From an uncultured Gammaproteobacteria bacterium (GTDB taxonomy: Bacteria > Pseudomonadota > Gammaproteobacteria > SG8-11), in the NCBI GenBank assembly GCA_964654485.1, contig CAZZJI010000004.1, positions 1,104 through 65,103 of the forward strand: a stretch of DNA of 64,000 nucleotides. The letters are read 5' to 3'. Both the position numbers and the translations under genes were made by a program. How positions within the stretch are numbered: position 1 is the first letter of the stretch; each line of letters opens with the position of its first letter. Below are positions 47,764-56,870 of this stretch, in pieces. The notes under the pieces were generated by a model. The model did no database searches and was not told where the DNA came from. It saw nothing but the letters and a program-made list of their open reading frames with translations.

Positions 47764-49173
47764 TCAGGACGCATGAGCCAACTCAGGAAACGGCAAATAC
47801 TTTTTATTAAAAAACTGCATTGCCACTTCATCCGCAAAAAATCGACCACGTGGTGTCAAGAAAACTTTTTCATCATCTTCACCCAGCAAGCCCAATTTTT
47901 TCAGGCGAGCAATTGTGTCGCCAAAAAACGCTTCCACGGTCTCGCCTGTAGCCCGGTTAAATGATTGTTTATGTACAAAACTGTTTTTCAACGGCAAAAT
48001 AAATCGTCTGCGTATCTCATCATCGTGCGTTCTGACCATCCCGCGATTAACAGATACCTTACCCTCATCCACAAGCTGATAATAATTTTCTAAGTTATCA
48101 TCACCCACATTGAGCGAAAACACACCGCGCAGGTTCGACCAGGAAGAAACACCGACTCCTATTACATCGGAAAGATGGCAACATGAATCGCGCAAATAAT
48201 GCGATATATCTTTTTCCTTTTTGGCAAAAATTCGCGTTTGCCGCTCGTCAAATCCATTATCTCTTGAAATAATCAGGCCTAACATTTTCATAACATAGAT
48301 ATCATCAACTTGCGGAAATGTATTCGCTTTTTTATTATAAACTTTTAATATATTCCCCGGCCTGTCACCATGCGGTTTAATACGCAATCGATATAATTGA
48401 TAACCCTCAATATCCAAAGTAACAGCTTCTTGCATTGTCTCAACCCACTGCAGCAAATTTTGCTCAGGGTAACCATAGATAAGATCAATGAATATATTGT
48501 CGATACCCGCTTTACGAATCTGCTCTATGGCCTTCAACGTATCCGCATGAGTGTGAACGCGCCCCATGCGCGCCAATATTGAGTCATCAAATGATTGCAC
48601 ACCCATACTCAATCTATTTACACCGTAATCCTTCATTATTTTTAATTTTTCCAGACCATCTTCACCCAGTATTGTTGTTGGCTCCGGCTCCAGAGAAAAC
48701 TGGGTACAATTGGTTAAATCAAAATGAGTGGTAAATGCTTTTAAAAATCTCTCCATTTGTTTAGCAGATAAATAGGAGGGTGTACCACCGCCTATCAGTA
48801 CTGCATCCACCGGAATTTGCTCCATACCCAATTTTGAGCGGTATAAACCCATCTCTTTCTCCAAGTGGTCAAGATAATTATCCACTTCCTCCGGGCGACT
48901 TTTGGTTTTTGTAATCCAGTGGCAAAAAGTACAACGTGACGGACAAAACGGTATATGCACATAGGCAATCATAGGATTAGCGGGGCGTTCATTTATCTCG
49001 GCAAGAATTGGTTTTTCATCCATTTGCGGATACATTGTCAACGGCGGATAGCCGATAACAGGAAAAAATTTCCCGTCTGTAGGCAGAATGCCAGATGTTT
49101 TTACCTTATCAAGGCCCAGTTCACCCAATTCCATCTTAGCTTTTTCAATCCAGTTTTGTACATCCATAATCAA
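47764..49173 (-). CDS. Radical SAM enzyme of the HemN-like family (oxygen-independent coproporphyrinogen oxidase/HemW/ChuW-like)
   Basis: 469 aa. It has the CPSRCTFC radical SAM cysteine triad inside YVHIPFCPSRCTFCHW, the GGGTPS motif, and a HemN-like C-terminal domain. It lies 20 nt downstream of the double-propeller gene. Confidence 0.75.
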   Translation of the reverse strand: MIMDVQNWIEKAKMELGELGLDKVKTSGILPTDGKFFPVIGYPPLTMYPQMDEKPILAEINERPANPMIAYVHIPFCPSRCTFCHWITKTKSRPEEVDNYLDHLEKEMGLYRSKLGMEQIPVDAVLIGGGTPSYLSAKQMERFLKAFTTHFDLTNCTQFSLEPEPTTILGEDGLEKLKIMKDYGVNRLSMGVQSFDDSILARMGRVHTHADTLKAIEQIRKAGIDNIFIDLIYGYPEQNLLQWVETMQEAVTLDIEGYQLYRLRIKPHGDRPGNILKVYNKKANTFPQVDDIYVMKMLGLIISRDNGFDERQTRIFAKKEKDISHYLRDSCCHLSDVIGVGVSSWSNLRGVFSLNVGDDNLENYYQLVDEGKVSVNRGMVRTHDDEIRRRFILPLKNSFVHKQSFNRATGETVEAFFGDTIARLKKLGLLGEDDEKVFLTPRGRFFADEVAMQFFNKKYLPFPELAHAS

Positions 49174-49192
49174 CCTTTCAACTTAACGCTTA

Positions 49193-51310
49193 TTATTGCT
49201 TAATTTCGGACGTCATCACCAATGCGACTGGTTTCGGCCCGGTATTTATTTCACCCACACGCTGCAAGTCACCATTTACTTTATTTAATCTAAAAATCAT
49301 AATGTTTCTTGAACCTTCATTTATGACATAGACATAATCCCCTGCAGGGCCAATAACAATATCGACCGGATCTTTACCCACAATCACTTTTTTAGAATTC
49401 TTTTTTATCAACCCAGTGGTAGTATCTACCTGATAAATAGAGACAGAACCAGATCCTTTATTTACCACGTAAATAAAGGATCCATCATGCGTTAGAGCGA
49501 TAGACACCGGTTCTTTTTCTGTCATCGTCGACCCTTCCAAGCTACGTAAACCTCCAGACTGAACATGTATTTCATAAGCCGTCAGTGTATTTGATTCTGC
49601 AGAAACAACATATGCGTACCGTCCATTGGGGTCAATCGCCATCGCATTAGCTCCATTTTTTATTTCGACAGGTGAACCAAACTCACTTGCAATCACCAAA
49701 GGTCCATCGTCATAATAATTAAAAAATGAAATATCGTTTGTTAGCGCATTTATAATATACGAATTACGCGCAGACGGATGTAATAATAACTTACTAGGTT
49801 GGCGTTCTAGTTTATATGGGGACGCGTAATACAGCCCGGTTTGTTTTAGCTCCGTTAAAGAACCGTTAGTCGCATCTATTTCAAAAACAGACATCGTGTT
49901 CGATTTAGAATTTAATGTGTAGACATATCTCCCATTGTAATCAACTGCAATTGAGTGGGGCTGTTCGCCAGTTCGATATGGCGAACCAGCAATTTCCTTT
50001 AATTTGCCGTCACGTCGGTTAATCATAAAAGCGGAGATGGTGTTTGATTTTAAATTGGCTACATATAAAAATCGATTTAGTGGATCCAGAGCAAGGGATT
50101 CCGGTGCCAAACCAGTTTTTGCTTTGGCAATTGACTTAAGCGCCCCTGTTTTATTATTAACTTTATATACACTAACCGAATCTGAATCAAAATCGGCCAG
50201 GTAAGCAAAACGTGAGGAAAATTCTACTGGCTTATCACCCATAACAAATGCAATTGACCGGGGACCAGAACGTGCCATTGTGGTCTCACCGATAGACAAT
50301 ACACCCGTTTGCTGGTTCACGGAATAAACCGTGACATGATTACTATCATAATTTGTAACAAAGGCAAAATTCCCGCCCGACTCTACTTCTACTTGAACAT
50401 TCAGACTTCCTACATTGACAAACGGTGAACCGGGGATAGGCATTAACTCACCCGTGAGCATATCGATGGAGAAACCATATGTGCCGCCAAACCAGTTTGC
50501 AACATAGAGAAATTTCCCATTCGGATGAATGGTTAAACCAAAGGGGAATACCCCCTCGCCCAATGGCAAAATATGTTTTTCCAGCAAAGCGCCACTGTCA
50601 TTGTTTATTTCAAATACGATAATTTCCCTACTATTCCAACTGCTCACAAAGGCATACTTACCCGCAGAATGTACTTTTATATACTGCGGTGCGTCTCCTG
50701 CGATAAAGGGTGAACCAGGTATATTGCTCAGTTCACCCGTTGTGCTATTCACGCGATACCCAGACACAGTGTCATCGTTGATATTCGTCATATACACGAA
50801 TCGGTCAGAGGGATGAACCGCAACAGAACGCGGTAAATACCCGCCGGGATAAGGTGACCCCTTAACTAAACTTAATGCACCGGTCTGAGAATCAATTTCC
50901 ATTACAGCAACAGCGTTGGAATTTCTACCCGCGATATATAAATATTCCCCATCTTTGTCTAATGCTGACCAAAAAGGAGAAACCACTTGCGGATCAAAAG
51001 GCGAACCCGGGAGTTCTATCAATCTCCCGGTTGAATGATTAACGCTAAACGCAGAAACTTTCATTCCAGTCTGCTCAGTAACGTAAACAAAACGACCACT
51101 AGGGTGGGCAACAACAGATGAAGGAAATCTGCCGGTGTCCACATGACCATTGTGACGTAACCGACCGGTAACACTGTCTACTGTGTACATCGAAACAGTA
51201 CTGTCATAGGCGTTTACGACATAAGCAAATTTAGGCACCACTGCATTAGCGAGCTGATATTCAAACAACACCGACAGCAAAACAATACTAGATAAACTTG
51301 ATAATCGCAT
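49193..51310 (-). CDS. Secreted tandem (double) 7-bladed beta-propeller of the lactonase / YVTN-like family
   Basis: 705 aa with a signal peptide. It has about 14 repeats of the .Y(V/I).N..S..VSV(F/Y)..(D/N)..TG.L type (YVVNAYDSTVSMYTVDSVTGRL, LYIAGRNSNAVAVMEIDSQTGAL, LYVANLKSNTISAFMINRRDGKL and others). Confidence 0.7.
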   Translation of the reverse strand: MRLSSLSSIVLLSVLFEYQLANAVVPKFAYVVNAYDSTVSMYTVDSVTGRLRHNGHVDTGRFPSSVVAHPSGRFVYVTEQTGMKVSAFSVNHSTGRLIELPGSPFDPQVVSPFWSALDKDGEYLYIAGRNSNAVAVMEIDSQTGALSLVKGSPYPGGYLPRSVAVHPSDRFVYMTNINDDTVSGYRVNSTTGELSNIPGSPFIAGDAPQYIKVHSAGKYAFVSSWNSREIIVFEINNDSGALLEKHILPLGEGVFPFGLTIHPNGKFLYVANWFGGTYGFSIDMLTGELMPIPGSPFVNVGSLNVQVEVESGGNFAFVTNYDSNHVTVYSVNQQTGVLSIGETTMARSGPRSIAFVMGDKPVEFSSRFAYLADFDSDSVSVYKVNNKTGALKSIAKAKTGLAPESLALDPLNRFLYVANLKSNTISAFMINRRDGKLKEIAGSPYRTGEQPHSIAVDYNGRYVYTLNSKSNTMSVFEIDATNGSLTELKQTGLYYASPYKLERQPSKLLLHPSARNSYIINALTNDISFFNYYDDGPLVIASEFGSPVEIKNGANAMAIDPNGRYAYVVSAESNTLTAYEIHVQSGGLRSLEGSTMTEKEPVSIALTHDGSFIYVVNKGSGSVSIYQVDTTTGLIKKNSKKVIVGKDPVDIVIGPAGDYVYVINEGSRNIMIFRLNKVNGDLQRVGEINTGPKPVALVMTSEIKQ

Positions 51311-51466
51311 TATCCGGTTAAACCACCGTATAGTTGTTGAAACACGTACGCACGTAAATCAGTTGCGACACTAACTCGGGTAAGTAGCAGAAAACAGATC
51401 TTGGTTTAGAAAGAAGGAACAAAAAGAGTACCTAAAAACTAATTAAATACTAAAAACAATAAATGT

Positions 51467-54265
51467 TTACGGCACATTAGTACACGCCTCACTACTCATC
51501 GCCATCCAAAACACACCCGTAGCCCCGTTACCTGGCGCTCCGACTGAACCACAATTGGCTACCGTCCAGTTACCACTGAGTGCAAAACTAGTGACCTTTA
51601 ATACAGCTCTATTATAATAGGGACCATTAAAATACCCTGCTCTACCATCACCTGCGGGACCATTTCGAACCTGGACGCCCGATCTGTTAAATCCACCTTC
51701 AAATCCAACGTCATTTAGATTGACAAGAAAAGCCTTGTTTTTCCAACCATGCGGGACTGCAATATGACATAAATTACAGCGAAAGTTTGACACAGCATTC
51801 GCATGAAAAGTATGTAAATTCTGCGTATTCGGCATACACATCATTCCACCGCCACCACCGCTCATACGACCGCCGCCCATGCCGCCGCCGCCCATGCCAC
51901 CGCCGCCCATCATACACATACCACCACCACCACCCAGTGAAAACCCACTATTTTGAGGAAAAGCCGGTGACGGATTGCCGTATTGATTATATCGATGGCA
52001 TTTAAAACATAAATGCGTTGGCTGGCCGATACCGGTTCCGGTTGTGCGTCCACCACTCCACGGACCTTTTAACAGAAAATCATTCTCTGAACCATGCGGT
52101 CCCCAGACACGTCCATCATCACCTGCACCACCACCGCCGGTATTGCCCGTTGGAACTGATGTGCCGTTGTTGGTATCAGAACCATGGCAATCCGTGCAAT
52201 ACATGGTTTGCACACCCACAGCCAGATTAAACGGTGAGGTCCAATTGAGTTGGTTTGCATCACGAATCGCAGGTGTTCTGCCGGTGGACCTAACAACCGG
52301 ATGCCAACTACGATGATTGTTTATAGCAAATGCAGCGCCAGCGCCACTGTTAGGGGCGGTGCCTTCACCCTGATGTTCGACAGGAGAATTATATTCGCTC
52401 GCCTGATTGGTGTACTGCGTCATTTCGTTAGTACCAGATGGGGTACCACCGACAAATGAACCCAACATCGGCGGTGTATTGCCATACGCATAATTTGAGT
52501 GACACTTAAAACAAACCTGGTACTCGCGTGTTACGTAAGGGCTGGAGGTACCATCGTCACCGGGTGGCGCATCAATCGGTGGGCTGCCTCTTTTAATCGC
52601 GAAAGTAATCTGCGCATTAGGAACAGCATTAAAATTGGGGCCTGCGTAAATGGGTTCGACGCCCCATATACCCCTTAAAACACCGGAAGCGACATTAGTA
52701 TGCATTCTAACACCTCCAACAACTGCAAGGTCCGCGTCATTATGCGGGTGTGTGCCCGCTGGACCGGGATTAGCTGGGTCAGCGTTAAATAAACGATTTT
52801 TGATCACGCGGTGCGGATTATGGCAATCGGTACATTCGGCATGTCGATTAGCCAAACGCGTTTGGCTCTCGATAAAATCTTTACCGGCCTGCGGGATGCC
52901 GGGTGCATCACCTATATTGTGAACCTCTTCTGGACTATTCACCCCGAGAGACTGGTCGTCGGTGGTAATCGGCATGCGTGTTGCCAATGTAGTAAAGTCA
53001 GTTTTAATATCCGGCACTTCTGTACCAAGACCTTGGGCGGTTAATGTATTACCATCTGATGAGTGACAGGCGTAACAAGTTTGTTCAATCGCAGGTCGGC
53101 CACCCTGTTTAACCAGGTAACCACCAACAGAAACAGTAGGTCCATCTGTGCCTTCGCGCGTCAGACGTCGTGCACCCTGTACAGTGTGAGTATCATGGCA
53201 TGCAAGACAAGCCGATTCCCATGTTCGTGTACCCAATGGGAATTCTCGTACATTGGCCGCCGCATCCGTGTATATCTCATCAGCGACATCAGGATTAGCA
53301 TGTGCAGAATCAACCCAACCTGCTTTGAGGTGACAGGCAATACAGATAATATCGGCGTTAGTTCCGACGGGTGTACCTGGATTAAACCCAACATCCGCAG
53401 GTCGAGTCGATTGCAATCGGCTCAAACGTAAAAACTTAATATTCTGCTCTAATGTATCATCTCGAATATGCGGATCATGGCAGGTATTACATTGAACCTG
53501 CCCTTGCCCACCAGAATCATCCTGTAGAGGAACGATAGGCGCTGGTTGCCCACGAACCCGGGTACCAAGATGTGACTCTACTGCCGGGTCACGCATTTCA
53601 CCGTCTGCTGCCGCGAGCGCACTATCATACGTCATCGAAATGGGGTGATCATTTGTCAAATCAGTGCCAAGAAAACGAGTAAAACCAGAAAGCCGCCCAC
53701 TGGGGCCTTCAGCGATGGCACCACCCGCAATGGTGCCCGTCATCGCTATATCCTCTGTGGTACCGATTCGATCAGTAAAACGACCTTCAAATACATTGAC
53801 CGCGCCCACAGCCATTGTGCCATCATGGCACGACAGACACAGTTTCGAGATACCTGTCGGTTGTTGTAATGGCTGGCCCGGGCCAATCGCCGAATCCAGC
53901 GATCCTGAACTATAGGTAGGATACTGCGCACCAGATAATTCGCGGTTCCACAATGGACCCTCACTTACCGTGCCACCATGCGGGGCATGGCAAAAAACAC
54001 AAATTTGATTTTCTGTTACTGCCGAGACAACTCGACTTGCCCCCCCAGGCAGTTTTGGAGCAAAATCCGCAGAAAAATTATGTTTGGTATTGGAAATGTC
54101 AGAGATTCGCGCTGCGTGCGCATCAATTGAAAAAGTGGGTACGATACAAATAGCCGCCGTATAGACTAAAATCGCAGTTAATAAAACCGGGAAATATCCA
54201 TTGAAATAAGCATTTAGCTTGGCGCCGCCATAGGAAGAACGACTAAAAATCTTGCACACCCTCAT
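51467..54265 (-). CDS. Giant 11-heme c-type cytochrome (doubled-CXXCH family N-terminus) with a Met/Gly-rich insert
   Basis: 932 aa with an N-terminal TM/signal segment and 11 CXXCH motifs (CVFCH, CLSCH, CNTCH, CIACH, CLACH, CYACH, CTDCH x2, CFKCH x2, CNLCH). The N-terminus shares the HNF...C.FCH.PH / LCLSCHDGT module with the pentaheme paralogs. The insert is GGGGGMCMMGGGGMGGGGMGGGRMSGGGGGMMCM. Confidence 0.85.
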   Translation of the reverse strand: MRVCKIFSRSSYGGAKLNAYFNGYFPVLLTAILVYTAAICIVPTFSIDAHAARISDISNTKHNFSADFAPKLPGGASRVVSAVTENQICVFCHAPHGGTVSEGPLWNRELSGAQYPTYSSGSLDSAIGPGQPLQQPTGISKLCLSCHDGTMAVGAVNVFEGRFTDRIGTTEDIAMTGTIAGGAIAEGPSGRLSGFTRFLGTDLTNDHPISMTYDSALAAADGEMRDPAVESHLGTRVRGQPAPIVPLQDDSGGQGQVQCNTCHDPHIRDDTLEQNIKFLRLSRLQSTRPADVGFNPGTPVGTNADIICIACHLKAGWVDSAHANPDVADEIYTDAAANVREFPLGTRTWESACLACHDTHTVQGARRLTREGTDGPTVSVGGYLVKQGGRPAIEQTCYACHSSDGNTLTAQGLGTEVPDIKTDFTTLATRMPITTDDQSLGVNSPEEVHNIGDAPGIPQAGKDFIESQTRLANRHAECTDCHNPHRVIKNRLFNADPANPGPAGTHPHNDADLAVVGGVRMHTNVASGVLRGIWGVEPIYAGPNFNAVPNAQITFAIKRGSPPIDAPPGDDGTSSPYVTREYQVCFKCHSNYAYGNTPPMLGSFVGGTPSGTNEMTQYTNQASEYNSPVEHQGEGTAPNSGAGAAFAINNHRSWHPVVRSTGRTPAIRDANQLNWTSPFNLAVGVQTMYCTDCHGSDTNNGTSVPTGNTGGGGAGDDGRVWGPHGSENDFLLKGPWSGGRTTGTGIGQPTHLCFKCHRYNQYGNPSPAFPQNSGFSLGGGGGMCMMGGGGMGGGGMGGGRMSGGGGGMMCMPNTQNLHTFHANAVSNFRCNLCHIAVPHGWKNKAFLVNLNDVGFEGGFNRSGVQVRNGPAGDGRAGYFNGPYYNRAVLKVTSFALSGNWTVANCGSVGAPGNGATGVFWMAMSSEACTNVP
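51836..51934. repeat. Imperfect 15-bp tandem repeat (catgccgccgccgcc-type units) that encodes the Met/Gly-rich insert of the 11-heme cytochrome
   Basis: Read directly on the plus strand: ...catacgaccgccgcccatgccgccgccgcccatgccaccgccgcccatcat... Confidence 0.75.
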
Positions 54266-54446
54266 TGCACCCTCTGACTATTTTTTTCGTGTTCGGCCTT
54301 AAATTGAGTAATTACTCATCTCATGAGCTACTCCAACCAAATAAATGCTTATTAATTTTTATAATTATTATTTAAGCTTATTATTATAAATTGATAGTTT
54401 TCTGTTATTTTTATGAGGCTTATCAAGCCTGATTAATTCTGTTTTT

Positions 54447-54505
54447 AGAAACCCATCATTTGAAACCTACTTTACTTTAGAAACCTATCATTTGAAACCT
54501 ACTTA
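54447..54505. promoter_or_regulatory. Two 27-nt direct repeats (agaaacc(c/t)atcatttgaaacctactt) with 32-bp spacing upstream of the 11-heme cytochrome gene; candidate regulator binding sites
   Basis: Copies lie at 54447-54473 and 54479-54505 with 1 mismatch. The tactttag tails are also repeated. They sit 180-260 bp upstream of the start at 54265, in an AT-rich intergenic region. Confidence 0.45.
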
Positions 54506-54556
54506 ACTCACTTTACTTTAGAAACTTAGCACTAGAATGCAATAAATAACCAGGCG

Positions 54557-55654
54557 TCATCCTGGATTATTCAAATATTGTAAAACCACAATACGTCCGT
54601 TGAACATATCTGCAACATAAATACGGTCTTGGGAATCAGACCACACACCTGCTGGCAGGTAAAATTGGCCTATACCCGAACCTGTTCCACCAACCGGAAG
54701 CAGAAATTCTCCCGAATTATTATATACTAGCAAATAATCATAGTAGGATTCTACAACGTAAATAAGGCCTTGATCATCGACCGAAATTCCCTTTGGTCGC
54801 AGCAAATCCCCTATATTTAAGCTACGTTTACCAAATTTACTAACAAAATCCCCGTCCTTATCAAAAATTTGGATCCGCGCATTCATAGAATCAGTCACAT
54901 ACAGTTGCCCCTTATAATAACTGATAAAAGTAGGGAAATTAAACTCACCGGAGCGAACGCCGCGCTGCCCGATGACACTGAGCAGTTCACCGGAATCATC
55001 AAATATCTTTATATTGTGGGCGTGGGTATCTGAGACATAGATACGACCAAATCGCGCGTCTCGAGCCAGACCCGTCGGCCGTTTAAGAAGCCCTCTACCG
55101 AATTGTCCTAACGGTATTCCGTTGCTATCCAACCTAACGACGACGCCTAGTTCAGCATCCGCAACATAAACCTCACCGTCTTTGCCTGGTACGATGCCGA
55201 TTGGCGCAAGAAAATTGCTGCCATCTTCTGAATCAGCCTTTTCCCAGATATTCAACTCGCCCAGTTTATCATCAAATACAAATACGGCCTGCCGACTAAT
55301 GTCTGTTACATAAATACGTTTGCGCTTTTCATCAACAAAACCAGTTTGCGGCCGTTGTAAAACAACTTTTTGAGACGGCTGTGAATCTATGCCAACAAAC
55401 CACTTTACAAACCGCATAAAGACACCGTCCTCTTCGGGCTTTTTATAAAAATTATTTTCCCCGGTCAACTGCCCTATATATTTATAGCGCGGCATTTCCG
55501 GTTCGGACGGCCATACCTTGGAATCATCAACTCGATAACGTAATTCACCCCGTGTATCCGCACAACTGGAGAGAAAAACTGTAAAAACAAGAAAAATGAG
55601 TAGCGAGGAAATTCGTTTATTTAACATTATTCTTGTCACAAATAGTTTATACAA
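54557..55654 (-). CDS. NHL-repeat six-bladed beta-propeller lipoprotein
   Basis: 365 aa. The lipobox is LSSCADT. The blades are IYVTDISRQAVFVFD, VYVADAELGVVVRLD, IYVSDTHAHNIKIFD, LYVTDSMNARIQIFD, IYVVESYYDYLLVYN and IYVADMFNGRIVVLQ. Confidence 0.85.
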   Translation of the reverse strand: MYKLFVTRIMLNKRISSLLIFLVFTVFLSSCADTRGELRYRVDDSKVWPSEPEMPRYKYIGQLTGENNFYKKPEEDGVFMRFVKWFVGIDSQPSQKVVLQRPQTGFVDEKRKRIYVTDISRQAVFVFDDKLGELNIWEKADSEDGSNFLAPIGIVPGKDGEVYVADAELGVVVRLDSNGIPLGQFGRGLLKRPTGLARDARFGRIYVSDTHAHNIKIFDDSGELLSVIGQRGVRSGEFNFPTFISYYKGQLYVTDSMNARIQIFDKDGDFVSKFGKRSLNIGDLLRPKGISVDDQGLIYVVESYYDYLLVYNNSGEFLLPVGGTGSGIGQFYLPAGVWSDSQDRIYVADMFNGRIVVLQYLNNPG

Positions 55655-55705
55655 AGCGTTTTTGTAAAAGTTGTAATATCAAATCCATAACAAGATAAAC
55701 GAGCG

Positions 55706-56824
55706 TTACTGAACTTTAAAAAGATTCTGATCTAATCCGTCTTCCGGAACCACATCGAAAACCTGCACCCGTCTATTTAAGCTATCAGCAACATATAATT
55801 GCTGCTCTTTTGACATCCACATATCAGTAATCGATCGAAAACGACCTGGCGCTGAACCGCTACCCCCTAGCGTCGCGATGAGTCTGATATCATCATAAAC
55901 TCTGATTGTGTTATCGGATTTATCGCTAACATAGACACGCTGTTCCTTATCCAATGCAATCGCGGTTGGCCAGATCAAATCGCCTTCACCCAGACTAAAT
56001 CTGAATCGTCCGGCTGCGCCAGGATCCAATCCCAATTCTTGCACGGGTAACTCAAGACGGTCAGCTATAAAAATACTATTACTTCTTCCTTTCGCTATTG
56101 CAGTAATCGCACGAAATTTTCCTGGTCCCGTTCCACGTGATCCAACGGCACTTAATGGAATACCTAATTTGCTAAATATCACTACGTGACTGAAACTACC
56201 ATCGGCCACATACACTTGACCCGTTAAATCATCAACCATAACATCGATTGGCCGCGATAAATTTACCAGATCACTGTACTGGCGAATTAAATTGCCCAAT
56301 TCATCAAAATACAAAACACGCTTGCCAACTGGGTCCGTTATATAAAAACTCAAATCGGATTCAACGTAAATACTCGTCGGCTCACCTTTAAGCTGCTGGC
56401 CAGCGACACCGAGAACTTCTATCGTTTCGTCAACAGTATTATATCGATAAATAGAAGAGTCACCGCCATCAACGATGTAAAGAAAATTACCGTAACCACC
56501 AACCGCGACGGGTTTTATAAATTTAACTTGCTGACCATCACCACCAACAATAATGCGAGTAAATTCGCCAACCGCACCGTCCAGCTTTAACTTACCACCG
56601 CGTATAATACCTGATGGTCTCAAGACTTCCGGCTCATCACTGCGTTTAAAACGAAGATTTGGCGACGTAGCTGCTGCTGCGGATCCGTCCTCAGATGACT
56701 GTTCACCATCTGTAACTGCTTTTTTAAATTCCGCTAAAGTACAACCAGTAGTTGCCCCAATGAACAAAAAAATTAAACTGGCAATAACGATCAGCAACGG
56801 CGTCAACGTACGTCCAGTTAACAT
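55706..56824 (-). CDS. NHL-repeat beta-propeller lipoprotein. The probable start is the Met at about 56824; the ORF-track start at 56893 overlaps the upstream gene.
   Basis: The lipobox is LFIGATTGC. The blades are LYIVDGGDSSIYRYN, FYITDPVGKRVLYFD, VYVADGSFSHVVIFS, IFIADRLELPVQ, VYVSDKSDNTIRVYD and LYVADSLNRRVQVFD. Confidence 0.8.
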   Translation of the reverse strand: MLTGRTLTPLLIVIASLIFLFIGATTGCTLAEFKKAVTDGEQSSEDGSAAAATSPNLRFKRSDEPEVLRPSGIIRGGKLKLDGAVGEFTRIIVGGDGQQVKFIKPVAVGGYGNFLYIVDGGDSSIYRYNTVDETIEVLGVAGQQLKGEPTSIYVESDLSFYITDPVGKRVLYFDELGNLIRQYSDLVNLSRPIDVMVDDLTGQVYVADGSFSHVVIFSKLGIPLSAVGSRGTGPGKFRAITAIAKGRSNSIFIADRLELPVQELGLDPGAAGRFRFSLGEGDLIWPTAIALDKEQRVYVSDKSDNTIRVYDDIRLIATLGGSGSAPGRFRSITDMWMSKEQQLYVADSLNRRVQVFDVVPEDGLDQNLFKVQ

Positions 56825-56829
56825 TATCC

Positions 56830-56870
56830 TGGTTAGCGAAGACCTACGCCTGATTAGCGAAGACCTACGC
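56830..56870. repeat. 20-bp tandem duplication (ttagcgaagacctacgc x2) covering the stop codon of the triheme cytochrome gene and the 5' UTR of the NHL gene
   Basis: Read directly as ggttagcgaagacctacgcctgattagcgaagacctacgctttcg. The second copy contains the TAA stop of the 56854-57495 gene. Confidence 0.8.
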
